A stretch of DNA of 62,880 nt, counting the filler, from Sphacelaria rigidula (Eukaryota), in assembly GCA_964200075.2 (NCBI GenBank). It is 9 parts of 9 records of this genome, joined end to end, with 100 filler letters (N's around TTAATTAATTAA, not from the genome) between each part and the next. Parts side by side here need not be neighbours in the genome. Positions count along the whole stretch, not along the records: positions 48,987 to 55,883 come from CAXNAA020017524.1; positions 55,984 to 62,880 come from CAXNAA020017525.1; 7 more parts are not named here. One strand, 5' to 3'. Under the pieces are notes generated by a model. The model searched no databases, had not been told where the DNA came from, and saw only the letters and a list, made by a program, of their open reading frames with translations. The position numbers were made by a program, and so were the translations under genes. This document shows, one piece after another, positions 49,747-62,086 of the stretch; the stretch's first letter is position 1; every line of letters starts with the position of its first letter.

Positions 49747-50555
49747 CTGTGTGTGTGTGTGTGTGTGTACGCGGCTTTAAGTGTATTTTGTGCGTGTGAA
49801 ACGATGAATGGGCAAAATATCCCAACAACAATACCCACATGAAAAACTATTAATACGTGTACTGCACACGAACATATCCATCAAAAGCTACCGACAAGAA
49901 GAACTGATTGATCGACTTATTGATCTATTTCGCAGACCCACTGATCCTCCCGGGACCCAGTGGTGGTCATTATCCACAAGGTTGACTCACCCAAGATAAA
50001 TGCTACACAGGCAAACCAATCGAGACGGGGGAGCACGGCGCCGAGAGGATGATGGCGACTCTGTACTCGGTAGTAAATTGTGCAATACGAACGAGAGGTC
50101 AACATTTTGTGGGATATATTTTCGTATCTATTCAATATACTTGTAGGTATTGTAGCATTGGCTGTGTCAGTGGGGTTTTGGGTCATACTCCTCAATTTCA
50201 CAGCAAATGGTTTGCCGGCTGCTCTGAACTAAACTAGAAGCATACCTCGCCCAGTTGATCTCTTGACACCACGGACGCGTCCCGACGAAGGGCGGTGGTG
50301 AAAAGTGCGTGCCCGAGAAAACAAACCAAGCCAATCGATCAATCAATCGGTCGATCAACCAACCAATTTGTGAAAAAGTCACTGAATCAATCAATTCATC
50401 AATGAATCAATTGCTTAATCAAATCGAAATCAAATCAACCAATCGCCGAATTGATCGTTTAATCAATCAACAACATCACGTCATCAAGTCAACTGAATCA
50501 ATCGATCGGTTCAAGGAGGTTCGGAACCCGAGGGATCACGATAGTCAAACTTTAC

Positions 50556-50807
50556 CTGCATTGCGGTGAGCTCATCGGTACAATAGAAGTCCCCCTCGCT
50601 CGTGCACTGCCACAGCAAAGCTAATCGCGACTTTGACGCCTGGCTCGCCGCTCGCCGGTTACGCGCCTGGTAATCACGGATGAGCTGTACCATCGGGTTA
50701 ATACCGGTCCCCGCGGCAATCATCACCACGTTCCTGTGGGCCGGAGGCGGTATGACCCTGTCGATGAGGAAGGGACCTTGCAGTTGAACGGCCGGATTGT
50801 CCGGATC
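50556..50807 (-). CDS. FNR/cytochrome b5 reductase-like oxidoreductase, exon e (NAD-binding domain)
   Basis: DPDNPAVQLQGPF...NVVMIAAGTGINPMVQLIR...LALLWQCTSEGDFYCTDELTAMQ (GxGxxP motif); CAG/GTAA boundaries; 252 bp. Confidence 0.92.
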
Positions 50808-51022
50808 CTGTGCATTTTGCAGGGGGTTTTGTTTGCGGAAGAAAAACAAACATACAGAGAAGGACGTGGGGGGGGCGCGTAAATGTGATATAATGAAGAA
50901 TGTGAAACGATAGCTCACACACAAACCACAAAACCACAAAACGCACAACACAAACACACACACTAACACACAATCGTGCACACTCATACACATAATAGTG
51001 CACTAAGCTCAAAGACAATTAA

Positions 51023-51140
51023 CCCTTTGGAACCTCTTGGACGATTTTTGTTTTTGTGAACCGGCATCATTTTTACTTGAAAATGACTGAAAGTAATGCC
51101 GATTCACAACAACAAAAATCGTCAATGGGTTTCCGAAGGG
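51023..51140. mobile_element. piggyBac-like hairpin mini-MITE in an intron
   Basis: TTAA|CCCTTTGGAA...TTCCGAAGGG|TCAA; interior also complementary (GACGATTTTTGTT/AACAAAAATCGTC, CGGCAT/ATGCCG). Confidence 0.7.
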
Positions 51141-51167
51141 TCAAGGGGACGAACACACACAACCCAC

Positions 51168-51416
51168 GTTAGCTAGCTTCTCCAAGAGCTGACTCATAGC
51201 ACCGTCGTGATAGTGCCGTATGCGCATCTCTATGCACAGGATGCCCTCCGTCGTCTCGTTGGCGGGAACCACCTGGCGCTCCCCACGCGCACCACTTCCG
51301 GGCGGCCCGCCTTCATCTCCAGCCCCAGCGTCTCTAGGAGAGACAGGAGTCGATTCTGAGCCACTGGCAAGCTTCACCCTGACGGCGAACGCATTATACG
51401 CACGCTGCACCACGCC
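51168..51416 (-). CDS. FNR/cytochrome b5 reductase-like oxidoreductase, exon d (FAD-binding)
   Basis: GVVQRAYNAF...CIEMRIRHYHDGAMSQLLEKLAN (RxY and Y..G.MS motifs); TAG/GTGGG boundaries; 249 bp. Confidence 0.88.
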
Positions 51417-52133
51417 CTATTGATAATTGTTGGAATAGCGCCGGACCGGTGGGGAGGGCCGGGTATATATAGGTTCAGCGACAAAAGAAACTCGAGCATT
51501 GAGATCTCCAACACGTCTCATATATGTTATTCATGTATCCACCAGTTGCGGTATACTCCGACGTCCGATAGGTTCCGACGTTCTGGGTCACCGTCATCAC
51601 CCACACAAAATATTCCGTTCGTTTTTTTGTGTACGCGTTGTATATTTAATTTATTTCATCATCCCTGCAAGATCCGCTGAACTATTCGAGCACGGAAAAG
51701 AAAAGAAGGTATCTTCCGCTTTTTGGGCTGTCTTTGCGACCTGCGTGTCTACCTCTTTTTCTTGCCCCGTCAGTGTAGCTGCTGGCAATGTCTGTACTTT
51801 ATTCGAGGGACACCAAGCATATATGAAAGAAAAACAGCGCAGACTGCGCGTAGAGGAGAGAGCGCGAAGACACACCGACGAGTTCGAACTTTTGAATTTG
51901 CAAGCCGCTGATGAAAACATTCGCATCTAGGCATGGTACGGTACAGGATTAGTGATACAGTACACACGGTGGTGAAGCAGGTACAGCTGACGCGAGTGTG
52001 ACATACAATGCAACACACCAAAAAAACACGCTCGTGTGCCAGCACTGCTATACCCTCAAACGGCCAACACTGCGGGAACATATATACATCAGCCAAGGAC
52101 ACGAGAAAGGGCGCTCAGAGAAAAATATACATT

Positions 52134-52222
52134 CACCATCACCACCACCACCACTACTACTACTGCTACTGCTATTACTATTGCTATTAATGTTACTGTT
52201 ACTATTATTACTACTACTATTG
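52134..52222. repeat. Compound trinucleotide microsatellite (CAC/TAC/TAT)n
   Basis: Directly visible. Confidence 0.9.
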
Positions 52223-52249
52223 CCATCCACCCAGTTCTCGATTGATTAA

Positions 52250-53285
52250 CCCTTTTGGACCGGGCTTCCAGGATGACCAATGAGGCTGGTAGGGAATGAC
52301 GTGTCTGGCGTCTGCACAAAAGAGTGGCTTCATGTTGCTGAAATCCGCGTATGTAACCGCAGGGTTATGGCGAAGACCGCAAATTGCGTACAAACTGTTT
52401 CCAGGTGCAGGGTACGCATTTGGTAATGTACATCTAATGCAGCAAACAGTATGGGTCGCCGTATAGAGCTTTCAACAGGATGCGGCGACCGGCGGGCCGC
52501 CCGCCACTTGTGGCTTTGGTTGATATTATTGTCCCCATCACCTTGCCACATAGCTCGTTGTGGTCGGGGTGGGCCGCAATTTCCCTCTTTGTTGCAAGCG
52601 GCTAATTCTCTTGGAAGGGTATGAGCGCTGCGGCGGGCATACATACAGAGCAGTACAGTTTACAGTACAGTGCGCCTCTCCGACTGCAGTAGCAGCTGCC
52701 GCTGCATACTCCCTTGCACGTTCTGGGTAGTTCTCAGCTACCGAGATTAACTGCCTATACACTGCTTCTTCATCTCCGCCCACTACACACATGTTAACTG
52801 CACACTGCAAGGCATCAGCAGAGGGATAGACAGAGTTCATGACGGTAGCTCCTTTTGTCTTTTCACGGGCCACCTGGGTTTAGTGCCTCGTGAAAATGAC
52901 CACATGATAGCATGTACACTCCTTCCCGGTTTTTCCCACTCCACCCTGTGTTGGTGTAATTACTATGTTCTGGTATAGACTGGCGACCCAAAATAAATCC
53001 CGGGAAATCCCGGGAAAGCTATACTGAACGCAAGTAATACCATGAACCAAACAAAAACCACTCTGGCTTTGGAAACCTGCGAAGGCTCATCTGGGCCAGG
53101 CATAGGGCCCCTACACAATCTTCGCAGTGTCATCACAATCGGTGACAATCCCCGCGCTGTTCGTTCGGGTCTGGTCGATGAATTTCGCCTCGCCGTGATT
53201 GGGCAGGTCGCTCCTTGACTTATTTTTACTTTTTTCACCAACACATGGTTAACCCCGTCTCAGTGGGGGGTCGGTCCCAAAAGGG
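52250..53285. mobile_element. piggyBac-like non-autonomous element in an oxidoreductase intron
   Basis: TTAA|CCCTTTTGG...CCAAAAGGG|TTCA; interior homologous (inverted) to about 59600-60615. Confidence 0.7.
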
Positions 53286-53544
53286 TTCATGACCTAGAGA
53301 TGTTCACACAAAATGGATACCTATACCTATGGGAGAAGCAACCGGGTTTGTCGCCTCTTGTATATGCACAATTCAAAAACGATCACTTAATTGAATGCTT
53401 CGTTCGATTATCGCACTTGAAATGATTTTCCAGCAGGGATCCAGCCCTGGGCACATAATAAGCCGTACCCGAGACAGAACAAAACGGATCCACTCGCTGG
53501 AGAAAAGTGGAAAAAAAACAGAAAGCTAGAACAGACGGACAGAG

Positions 53545-53608
53545 AAAAATAAGAAAAGAAAAGAAAAGAAAAGAAAAGAGAAGAAAAGAGAAGAAAAGAA
53601 AAAGAAAA
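53545..53608. repeat. (AAAAG)n microsatellite
   Basis: Directly visible. Confidence 0.9.
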
Positions 53609-53992
53609 CACCACTACAGTAGGACAAAACATTCAACAGCAAAAACCCAGTCGCCTTCACCCAGTTCTACCGCCAAGAAGGTGATGGAGCACGACTATTT
53701 CGTCTGTACCATGAATACCCCGCATGCGCGTCACTGTTTCCAAAACCCACCGACATACATACATACACACCTTGAAAACCGAGAGAAACTGGTCCGCGAG
53801 GGACACACTTGGTATAGAGGTATTCCCCCCTCCCCCTCCTTTGTTGCACCCGGCATGCACAGTTATTCATCATCGCGTTGTTTACTCGTTATTTGCCTGT
53901 TCATCGGTGGGTTTCTCGATTGGGTTATTATTTTGTTTTGCGACAGGAAGACGAATGTTCATGCGAGCAAGCATTTTCCATGCTTCCGTCAC

Positions 53993-54049
53993 CTGGCCGC
54001 CTTTGGAGACCCGCAGGTTGAAGTGGCCCACTCCTTTTATCGACTTCAC
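53993..54049 (-). CDS. FNR/cytochrome b5 reductase-like oxidoreductase, exon c
   Basis: CAG/GTGAC boundaries; 57 bp; VKSIKGVGHFNLRVSKGGQ (compare GQHxxL) joins GVVQRAY in frame. Confidence 0.8.
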
Positions 54050-54791
54050 CTGTTAAGGCAGGAGGGGGTGGGCGGAAAGAGGAGGCGGGGAGACGGGGGG
54101 GTGTGCTCATGATCTTGCATGCCATAGTCGCATGGCCATTGGCCATCGACCTCGCATCCCTACAGAGCCGGGACGGAGCACGCCGGGCTTCCCCGGACCA
54201 GGCGCGCAGTCAATCAGCAAGCGCCAAGCGCCGTGCTGTGTTTGGCGGGTCGTACGAAAGGTGAGCTGCATCCTGCTAACATCGTTCGGCCCGAAGCGTA
54301 CTGATCATCTTGTATTTGGATTACAGCCTCCAATGATTTGCTTCATTTTCTAGTATCGCCACTTCCAGAGACAGCCATGGATTCCACTCTGCCTCATGGG
54401 TGCGTAAAGATTCGAACACTACCTGTAGCATGAGCATCCCCTCTGCGCGGAATCAAGGTTCTGCCACTCCGCACAATATGATCTAGCTCGACTATCATCA
54501 TACATTTATTTCTCATAGTGCCACTATTCTCGTCCCCCCGCCCCCTCCAGAAAAATTGTTTATGAAAAGACCGAAACAATACCTCACTCACTGCGTATTG
54601 TACGTCTTCCGATCGATTCCAAGGACGTGAACCACTGCAGTGGAGAATGGCGTACGTGTGAGACAGGCAGTACTAACACATATTTTGTGCTCCGAAATCT
54701 TGCAACACGGAAAACGAAAAAGTGCAGTAAATTTGGATTTTTCTCGGAATTACAAGAACCGTTTTTATGTCTTCAAAAATCCAATTCTCAC

Positions 54792-54944
54792 CAGGATCTC
54801 CGCTTTTCCCGGGCAGGTGAAGACGTACTTATACACCGGCCGTGCCTGCTTCTTGTCCACCGTGGGACCCATGCGCTCTCTGAAGAGCAAGGGACACACA
54901 TGAAACCTCTCCAGCAGTAGCCTGGTCCTCGGGGACATCACGAG
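54792..54944 (-). CDS. FNR/cytochrome b5 reductase-like oxidoreductase, exon b
   Basis: CAG/GTGAG boundaries; 153 bp; LVMSPRTRLLLERFHVCPLLFRERMGPTVDKKQARPVYKYVFTCPGKAEIL resembles the start of the FAD-binding barrel. Confidence 0.8.
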
Positions 54945-55002
54945 CTGAGAGGGCTGCTGCTTCGTCCCATAAACAGCACCACACAGCACCACACGTGCAA
55001 AA

Positions 55003-55036
<34 letters not shown>

Positions 55037-55568
55037 CTGTTTTTTTCAACATTTTTCTCAGCGAGTGTTTCGGGTTTGCTCCTTCTCGGGCATGTCGATC
55101 ATGCAGATAATGACTACGGCTGGATCCCTGGGCATCAGTTAAAGTGCGACAATTAGTCGATCCAGTGAAACAAAAAACTCATAAACACACACACATTTTC
55201 CCCCCGTTTTTGTTCGTTCCAGGGATGGACTTGAGCTGAATGAGGCACGAAAAAACGACGATATATGAAATATGATACAAAATACGTATGCACATATATC
55301 AACACATAACACACACATAACACATGGAGTGTGAAAGCAACTGCACAGGCGGTCAGAGTAGCGTCAGGGTACGCACGCACGGCCAAGTATTCCGGATACC
55401 CTGCAATACTTGAGTAATTTCTTTCAGTCGGTACCGAAGCTAACCCTGAAGTGATTTTTACTCTTCGTGTGTTATTTGGCTTCGGAGAGAGGGGCTGGAG
55501 GAGGGGAGGGTACTTTATACAATAACAGATAACAGAAGAGGGCAGAATAAGTGTGTGGGACTTCTCAC

Positions 55569-55685
55569 GTCTTCGTGCGCAGCGGTTCCGAGCACGCTCA
55601 CAGAACCAGCAGCAGTACTCGCAGTCTGAACGGATGCCCTACTGGGCAGCGACCCGAGCCTGTTTAATCGCTGGGCCTTGCTCCC
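55569..55685 (-). CDS. Oxidoreductase gene, upstream exon a (low-complexity linker); gene continues beyond the contig
   Basis: CAG/GTGAG boundaries; 117 bp; phase 0; GSKAQRLNRLGSLPSRASVQTASTAAGSVSVLGTAAHED. Confidence 0.65.
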
Positions 55686-55777
55686 CTGGAACCACACCCG
55701 TAGTGTAACACGCATATCACATCGGGGCATATGGAGAAGGCAGAAACGACGGACGGGCGAGCGCGCACAGAGGCCGA

Positions 55778-55828
<51 letters not shown>

Positions 55829-56555
55829 TTTTTGTCCGCGCCCGGAGCCTCACCCCCCACCCCCCCCCCCCCCGCGACAACGGNNNNNNNNNNNNNNNNN
55901 NNNNNNNNNNNNNNNNNNNNNNNNNNNTTAATTAATTAANNNNNNNNNNNNNNNNNNNNNNNNNNNNNNNNNNNNNNNNNNNNAGGTTAATGGTCTGATG
56001 ACTATGGCATGCATGATCATGAGTACACCTCCCCCCCCTATCGTAGCATGACTCAATAGACAAAATTTTGTTCAGTGTGAAGTATAGGCCTATTGCAACT
56101 ATTGTAATAATACATCCCATTCTTTACGCAGTACATTTTTTTCGTCTATTGTAACTATTGACTATATAGTGTCGAGGGCGTGGACGAATCATTATTCGTC
56201 CGAACCGAACTTTGCAATTTTCCACGGTTAGGACAAATAATCACGACTAAGAATCACCAAATCCACGATTTCTTCGACCTGATTGCCCAAAAGGCAGCAA
56301 AAGGTTGANNNNNNNNNNCTGGGTTGCAACGCTGAAAACAAAGCCTATGGATTGATTCGTACGAGTCGGATCAATTATACTAGAACCAATTAATTTCCAG
56401 ACGAATCATTATTTCCCGACTCTTGCAATTTTCGCATACCAGACTTGGTCGGGGAGAAAAAAAAAACTCGCACCACGTCACACACGGTCGTCTTGGAACG
56501 TATTTCCAAATCGCCCCGCACAACTATAACTAATCCACTAATCGCTACCGTACAG

Positions 56556-57186
56556 GTCCGGAATCGTTCTCGGCGACCCAGAGGATCGAGAACCCGTACG
56601 GCGAAAAGACTCAGACATACGCACCACGAGCGAGACCGCAGCTGCGCAAGATCCTGCGATTGCCGACTCCTCCGCAGGGCTCGAAGCACCCCATACATCA
56701 TTCTCAGGAGACCACCACCAGCATCAGGGGCACCTTCACCCCCGCGGACGCCCCCAGAGTCGACGCCCTGTCGGGCGCCTGCAACGACGCCCAGGCCCAA
56801 CGGTCCACGCCGCGACAGTACCGCTGGACGCGCTGGCGCGCTTGGAGAACAGCTTCGTCGGTGCGGCGCCGTTAACCTTGGCCGCCTTTCGGCGGATGGT
56901 CGACCTAGCACCCGACTCTTTCGCCGATCCTGTTGTGACGTCAGCAATTGCGCCCGGCGGCGTTGCCGACGGTACTGGAGCAGGCGTATTATCTCAGGGC
57001 GGTGGCGACTGGGTTGGAGTCGATCTTGGGGGTAGCGACAGCGTGGTGTCTAGGGTGGGGGCAGGTGTGACGGGTGGGCGAGGAGATGCGATGCACGGCG
57101 TTGTCGATGCTGGGAGCGGTGGGATGTCGGACGGGAGCCTGAGGCGGTATAGGTGGGAGCTCGAACGAGCGGGGTGCCTGATCAAG
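56556..57186 (+). CDS. Large internal exon of a hypothetical protein
   Basis: GC-rich, stop-free for about 210 codons (SGIVLGDPEDREP...VPLDALARLENSFVGAAPLTLAAFRRMVDL...LRRYRWELERAGCLIK); TACAG acceptor and AAG/GTGAC donor; no family recognised. Confidence 0.6.
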
Positions 57187-57931
57187 GTGACAGTTTTTGC
57201 TTGTAGGGGGGGAAATGCTCTCTCGGAATTATGACGGGCAGTTGTTGTCGTTTGTGTTGCTGCTTGTTACAATAGCGCATGACTTGTTGTAGGCGAGAGA
57301 GAGAGAGAGAGATACAATTCGGACCGAGAGAGGAGCCCCTATTATAGAGGCAAACACAGCACAAGTTGTGTGGATGTGGTGAGGAAGGCATGATACTTTG
57401 AAAGCAAATGGAACTGAAGATACTGTACTGTACGCATGTCTACTGTATCGCCCGTGTGTTGTATAACAGACTACTCTTTTTTGTTTCTTCAGTCTTGTTT
57501 TTTCCGAACGGTACCGCTGTTTGAAGCCTCGTCGAAATCGGACAATAGTTGTGATAGGCGTATCGTATGATTTACGCAGGACAGTTCTTGTCTATTGAAA
57601 CTACTGACCATATATTGTCGTTATCCAACGTGTGCAGATCTTAGACAACACAACAAGGGCAGAAAAAATGTCCATGGAAATTCCCGACGCCAGAAATACC
57701 CCGGAAATATATGTCGATGAGAGTTCGCGATATACACCGAGTCACTCGCTGACTGCTCGTTCGCCGCGCACGGCGTTTTTCTGTTTTTTTTTCGCTGAGA
57801 ATAATGCCACGGTAGGAGTGCACTTTCCAGTCCAAAACGTTTCTGAGGCTGCACACGAAGGCCCAGATATCTGTCCGAGAGAGGCTTCTACAACAAAGAA
57901 CCTCACAAAAAATGGTGTACCACCCTTACTA

Positions 57932-58469
57932 GGCTTTTGCTCCTCATGCGCGCATATAATTTAGCATAAAACGGAGTGTTGCGCATATGTAACTCATGCG
58001 TTTTTTTTTTTTCAAACATATGTTTTTTGAGATTTTAGCACAACAAAGGTATAAAAGCCAAGTTTTACGCATAACTTGGCGCATATAGTACTTCAACGGG
58101 ATGATGCACCCCCTTCCCAGCAGCTAGTAGCTGCCCACAGGTGCTCCATGTGGCGTGGCTCATGGGGGCGTGGCATTTGTGTTCGTAGTTTTTTTTTTCA
58201 ACTTCGTTGCGGGTCTGATATCGGTTCTTGTGCCATGTGTGAACTACTCCATGTTGATGCGACAGTGAAGAAAAAAATGTGTCATGCGTCACATCAGACG
58301 GCGGCTCTCGCCCATAACAAGGAGACGAAAAAGGCACATAAGTCGCGCGTATTCCACCGAAATACGCTGAAGGCGGCGCATAATTTTCACTTTCGAGCAT
58401 TAAAATAAGATAAATGAAACGCCTAAAATTGAAAAAAAAAAGAATGCGCATACGTAAGAAACAGAAGCC
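57932..58469. mobile_element. Tourist/Harbinger-like MITE
   Basis: Imperfect TIRs GGCTTTTGCTCCTCATGCGCGCAT / ATGCGCATACGTAAGAAACAGAAGCC; flanks CTA / TAA; internal ATGCGC motifs. Confidence 0.5.
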
Positions 58470-59599
58470 TAACTCTTACGGTGGCATTGGTCCAAACGTT
58501 TCATTTTTCCATGGGCATTAGGCACTTCCCCCTTTGTGTGTTATGTATGTGTGTATGTATGCGTGCGTGTTTGTTTTTTTTTGCTCAAGAAGATGAGGTT
58601 CTTGTGTGTGGATGTATTCTATTTGAAGTACAGTAAGTATCCTGTAGCTCACTTTTGTTGTTGTTGTTGGTAATTATTGCGGATGCGCGTGTTGAGTTAT
58701 GGTGTGCTCAGTAGCGTGTGAAGCGAAGCTTAGGGTTCGGCTTCAATGCGGATACCGGGTATGATCATAATCATGTACTCATGTACCTCTCACTTTTTGT
58801 CAGATCCCATGCCGGTTTTTCTTGAAAGGATTTCAACCTGAACAAAAAAAAGATGAACGAGCCGGGCCAGCCTAGAAACGAGTTTAAGCTCTCAAAGCAA
58901 TACCTCATTGACACAAACGTGTTGGGCCGTGATCCGCATATCGTATTAACCTCTTTGGGACTGGACCTCAGCAACAAAAGGGGTTCACCCAAGGGTTTGT
59001 CGAGAGAAAGTTTTTGGACACGGAGCCCCCCCCCCCCCCCTCCCGGAGGGCCATTCGAAAATTGTTATATACTCTTTTTTGTGATTTTGTTTTGTAATAT
59101 TCTTGAATTTTCTGTTGATATTGTTGAAAGAAATTGATCAACAAACACTGACAAAAACCGAAAAGTCTGGCGGGCTTTGCGAGGTTCGTATATTTGCGTC
59201 TGCGCCTTTGCCTGCCCTTTCCCGATGACCTCGGATGCCGGCAACGCTCACGCACATGTATGTACAATACACGAGCGCACGGTAGCGATAGCCTATATAG
59301 CCAAGGTAGCAACATTATCTCACGCCTCGCCACATTTGCCCGGACTACTAGTGGTAGGTAGTCGAGGCACACGACACGAAACACGATCTCATTAATGTAA
59401 TTATGGTAGGTGACGAACTTGGAGGGGCGGTGTGTCCGTCATCTCAGCGGTCTCCATGCTAAGGATCTCTGTACACGGCAGCTGAACGTATCCGCCAACG
59501 CCTCGGCAATAAACTAGGGGATAGCAGGCTGGGTTCCCCCCCCTCCCGTCATAGACTCGAATTTTCTTGGGGCCTACGTGTCCCGAAATGTATTTTTGA

Positions 59600-60615
59600 C
59601 AGACCCTTGGTTCACCATGTAATAGTAAAATAATGAAAACAAGTCTGGGAGCGACCTGCCCAATCACAACGAGGTGAAATGATCGACCACATCCGAACGA
59701 CCAGTGGGGGGGGCTGTCATCGGGAGTGATGCCACTGCCAAGTTGGTGTGTGTACCCTGTCTCTGGCCTACAAAAAATCCTTCGAAGCAAAACAAAGCCG
59801 CGATGGTCCGGGCTCGCTTTCCCGATTTTCGACCGTTTACTTGCATTTCATATAGGTCCGACCCCCACTCCCTCGATTTGTTTTGGGTCACCATCCTATA
59901 GTAAAACGTAGTTATCACACAAACGCAGGGTGCTCGGGGAAAAAATCGGGAATAAATGTACCCTACTACTGTATGTATGTGGTCATATTCACAAGACGAC
60001 TGAATCTAGCAAGGCAGTGGAACGAGACACGGAGCCAGGGGCATGAGCTCTGCGTATCCCTCTGTCGAGGCGATACAGCATACAGTGAGGTCGTGTGCAA
60101 TCAGCGGGAACGAAGATGTTGTGTATAGGTAGCTGATCTCCGTCGCGAAGAACTGCCCAGAACGTTCAAGGGAGTATGCAGCGGCAGCTGCTGCTGCAGT
60201 CGGAGAGGCGTACTGTACTGTACTGTATATGCGGCGCAACGCCCATGCCCCCCGGAGAGAATTTGCCGCTTGCAACAAAGAGGGAAATCGCGGCCCACCC
60301 TGACCACAAAGGGCTGTGTGGCAAGGTGATGGGGACAGTGATATCATCCAAAGCCAAAAGTAGCGGGCGGCGGTCATCACGTCCCTTTGAAAGCTCTCCA
60401 CGGCGACTCATACTTAGTACTGCGTGATACAAATGTGCATTACCTGATGCGCTCAACACCCGAATGACAGCTTGTACCCGCACCTGAAAATAGATTGGAT
60501 GAAACTGCCGCTCTACCTAATAACCTTGTGGTTACAAACGTGGATTTTCAGCAACATGAAGCCACTGTTTCGTGCATACACCAGACACGTCATTCCTAAC
60601 CAGCCTCATTGGTCG
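59600..60615. repeat. Inverted homolog of the 52250-53285 element interior
   Basis: GGAGCGACCTGCCCAATCAC, CCGCTTGCAACAAAGAGGGAAAT and CCAGACACGTCATTCC..ACCAGCCTCATTGGTC are reverse complements of contig 8 sequence. Confidence 0.85.
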
Positions 60616-61459
60616 TTGCGAAGGCCCACTCCCAAAAGAGTTCATTGTCTAATCAAGGGGAAGGTGCCCATCTGCTCAAAAGTCTGGGCCAATATTTTCT
60701 CGTTGATGAAACCCCATGTCTAGTAACTCCCATACCATACGAAGATAGCGTCCAAACTAAAGTATAAATTAAACCCCGAACGATGTATCCAGCGGATCAC
60801 GACGATTTTCGGTGTGGACATTCCCTGGAGCACGGGGAGACGATAGATACCCTCGTCTTCACCTAATTCGTCATCTGTCTCGAGATATGGCGCGCGTAGG
60901 GTTCAACACTAAAATCAATATATTACGAACAGAGGCACTAGATGCACAACATTTGTATATCGCGTCTCACTTTTTGATAGGTTGGCTATGAAATTTCGTA
61001 TGTGGAACCGCTAGTGCATAGAAGAGAAAAAAATAAAAATAGGGGAATTACGAAGAGAAAGAGACATTGCTCTTGGGCCTTATCTCAGTTTTTTAGCTCA
61101 ATTTTTACGATTGTGATTCAAAACTTGGCGTGGAGAACCACATATGTATGCTGAATAAACAATGTATATGCCTCCGTTTTTTCCGGAGAGGTTCGAGCGT
61201 TCGCGTAAAAAAATGGCCGTTACCATACTAGAACGCCCTAAACCAGTGAAGGAAAAGTAATACCAACCTGACCCACTTTTGTTTTAGTCATTGTGCCCTA
61301 GCGGGATCCCACACAAAATTTCAATACCAAACGTGGGCCAATAAGTGGCCGGCAAATACTGCTCCGAATTTTTACCGGCCCGGCTTTAAACGGCCCATTC
61401 GCTAGTCAATATTTAGAGTTAGATCCTTCAATTAATTATTTTATATAATATATTTAATA

Positions 61460-62086
61460 CTTCCTCTGTCACATAAGGTAGGACCGAATTTTTCACAGAC
61501 GTCCTTAACGATCTCCGATGCTGTTTTCGTTTCTTTTATTGAATTTCTTGGCGTCTTTTGAGTAAAATGCAATGTTTTTTTTCTATTCGCATCACTCCAG
61601 GTGGAGTAGCGGCCAGAAAAAAGAAGTTGGCCCAAAAAAGGCCGTTTTTTACCCCTATTCCACGAACAAAAAAGTGCCGAAAAAGGAAAAAAAAACATGG
61701 GAAAAAAAAATCGTTAATCATCCTCTCCATCACTCGTGCTTGATGCCAGATAGTCCCAAGCCTTCGTGAAGGCCTCCTTGTCGTACTTGACTGTCCTTTC
61801 CAACGTTCCCGCCCTCTGCCGCGCGGATACCCCCGTGTGCTCTACACTAAATTCTCAAAAACGTTCTCAAAACCATTCTCGAAATGTAGCCGAAATTGGC
61901 CAATTTTGGGGACTTTTTGGCCCATACTTTGAGATGTAATAAAATCGCAAATCATTTTTTTTTTGTTGCATCAGTTAGCTGTAAAAAATATCTTTCCGAT
62001 GAAACGAATTATAGCATCGTAGGCGCCTCCGTTGAAAAGATGCGATCTGCGCCGAAATTCGGTCCTAACTTACGTGACAGAGGAAG
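61460..62086. mobile_element. Stowaway-like (Tc1/mariner) MITE
   Basis: TA|CTTCCTCTGTCACATAAGGTAGGACCGAATTT...AAATTCGGTCCTAACTTACGTGACAGAGGAAG|TA; 32-bp TIRs and TA TSD. Confidence 0.88.

Noticed and set aside
50246..50261. Micro-exon between oxidoreductase exons e and f
   Set aside because: A 16-bp exon would shift the frame, and exons e and f already join in frame.
55779..55873. Poly-G/poly-C tracts as a Gly/Pro coding run or G-quadruplex element
   Set aside because: Intronic homopolymers at a contig end, whose length is unreliable in assemblies.
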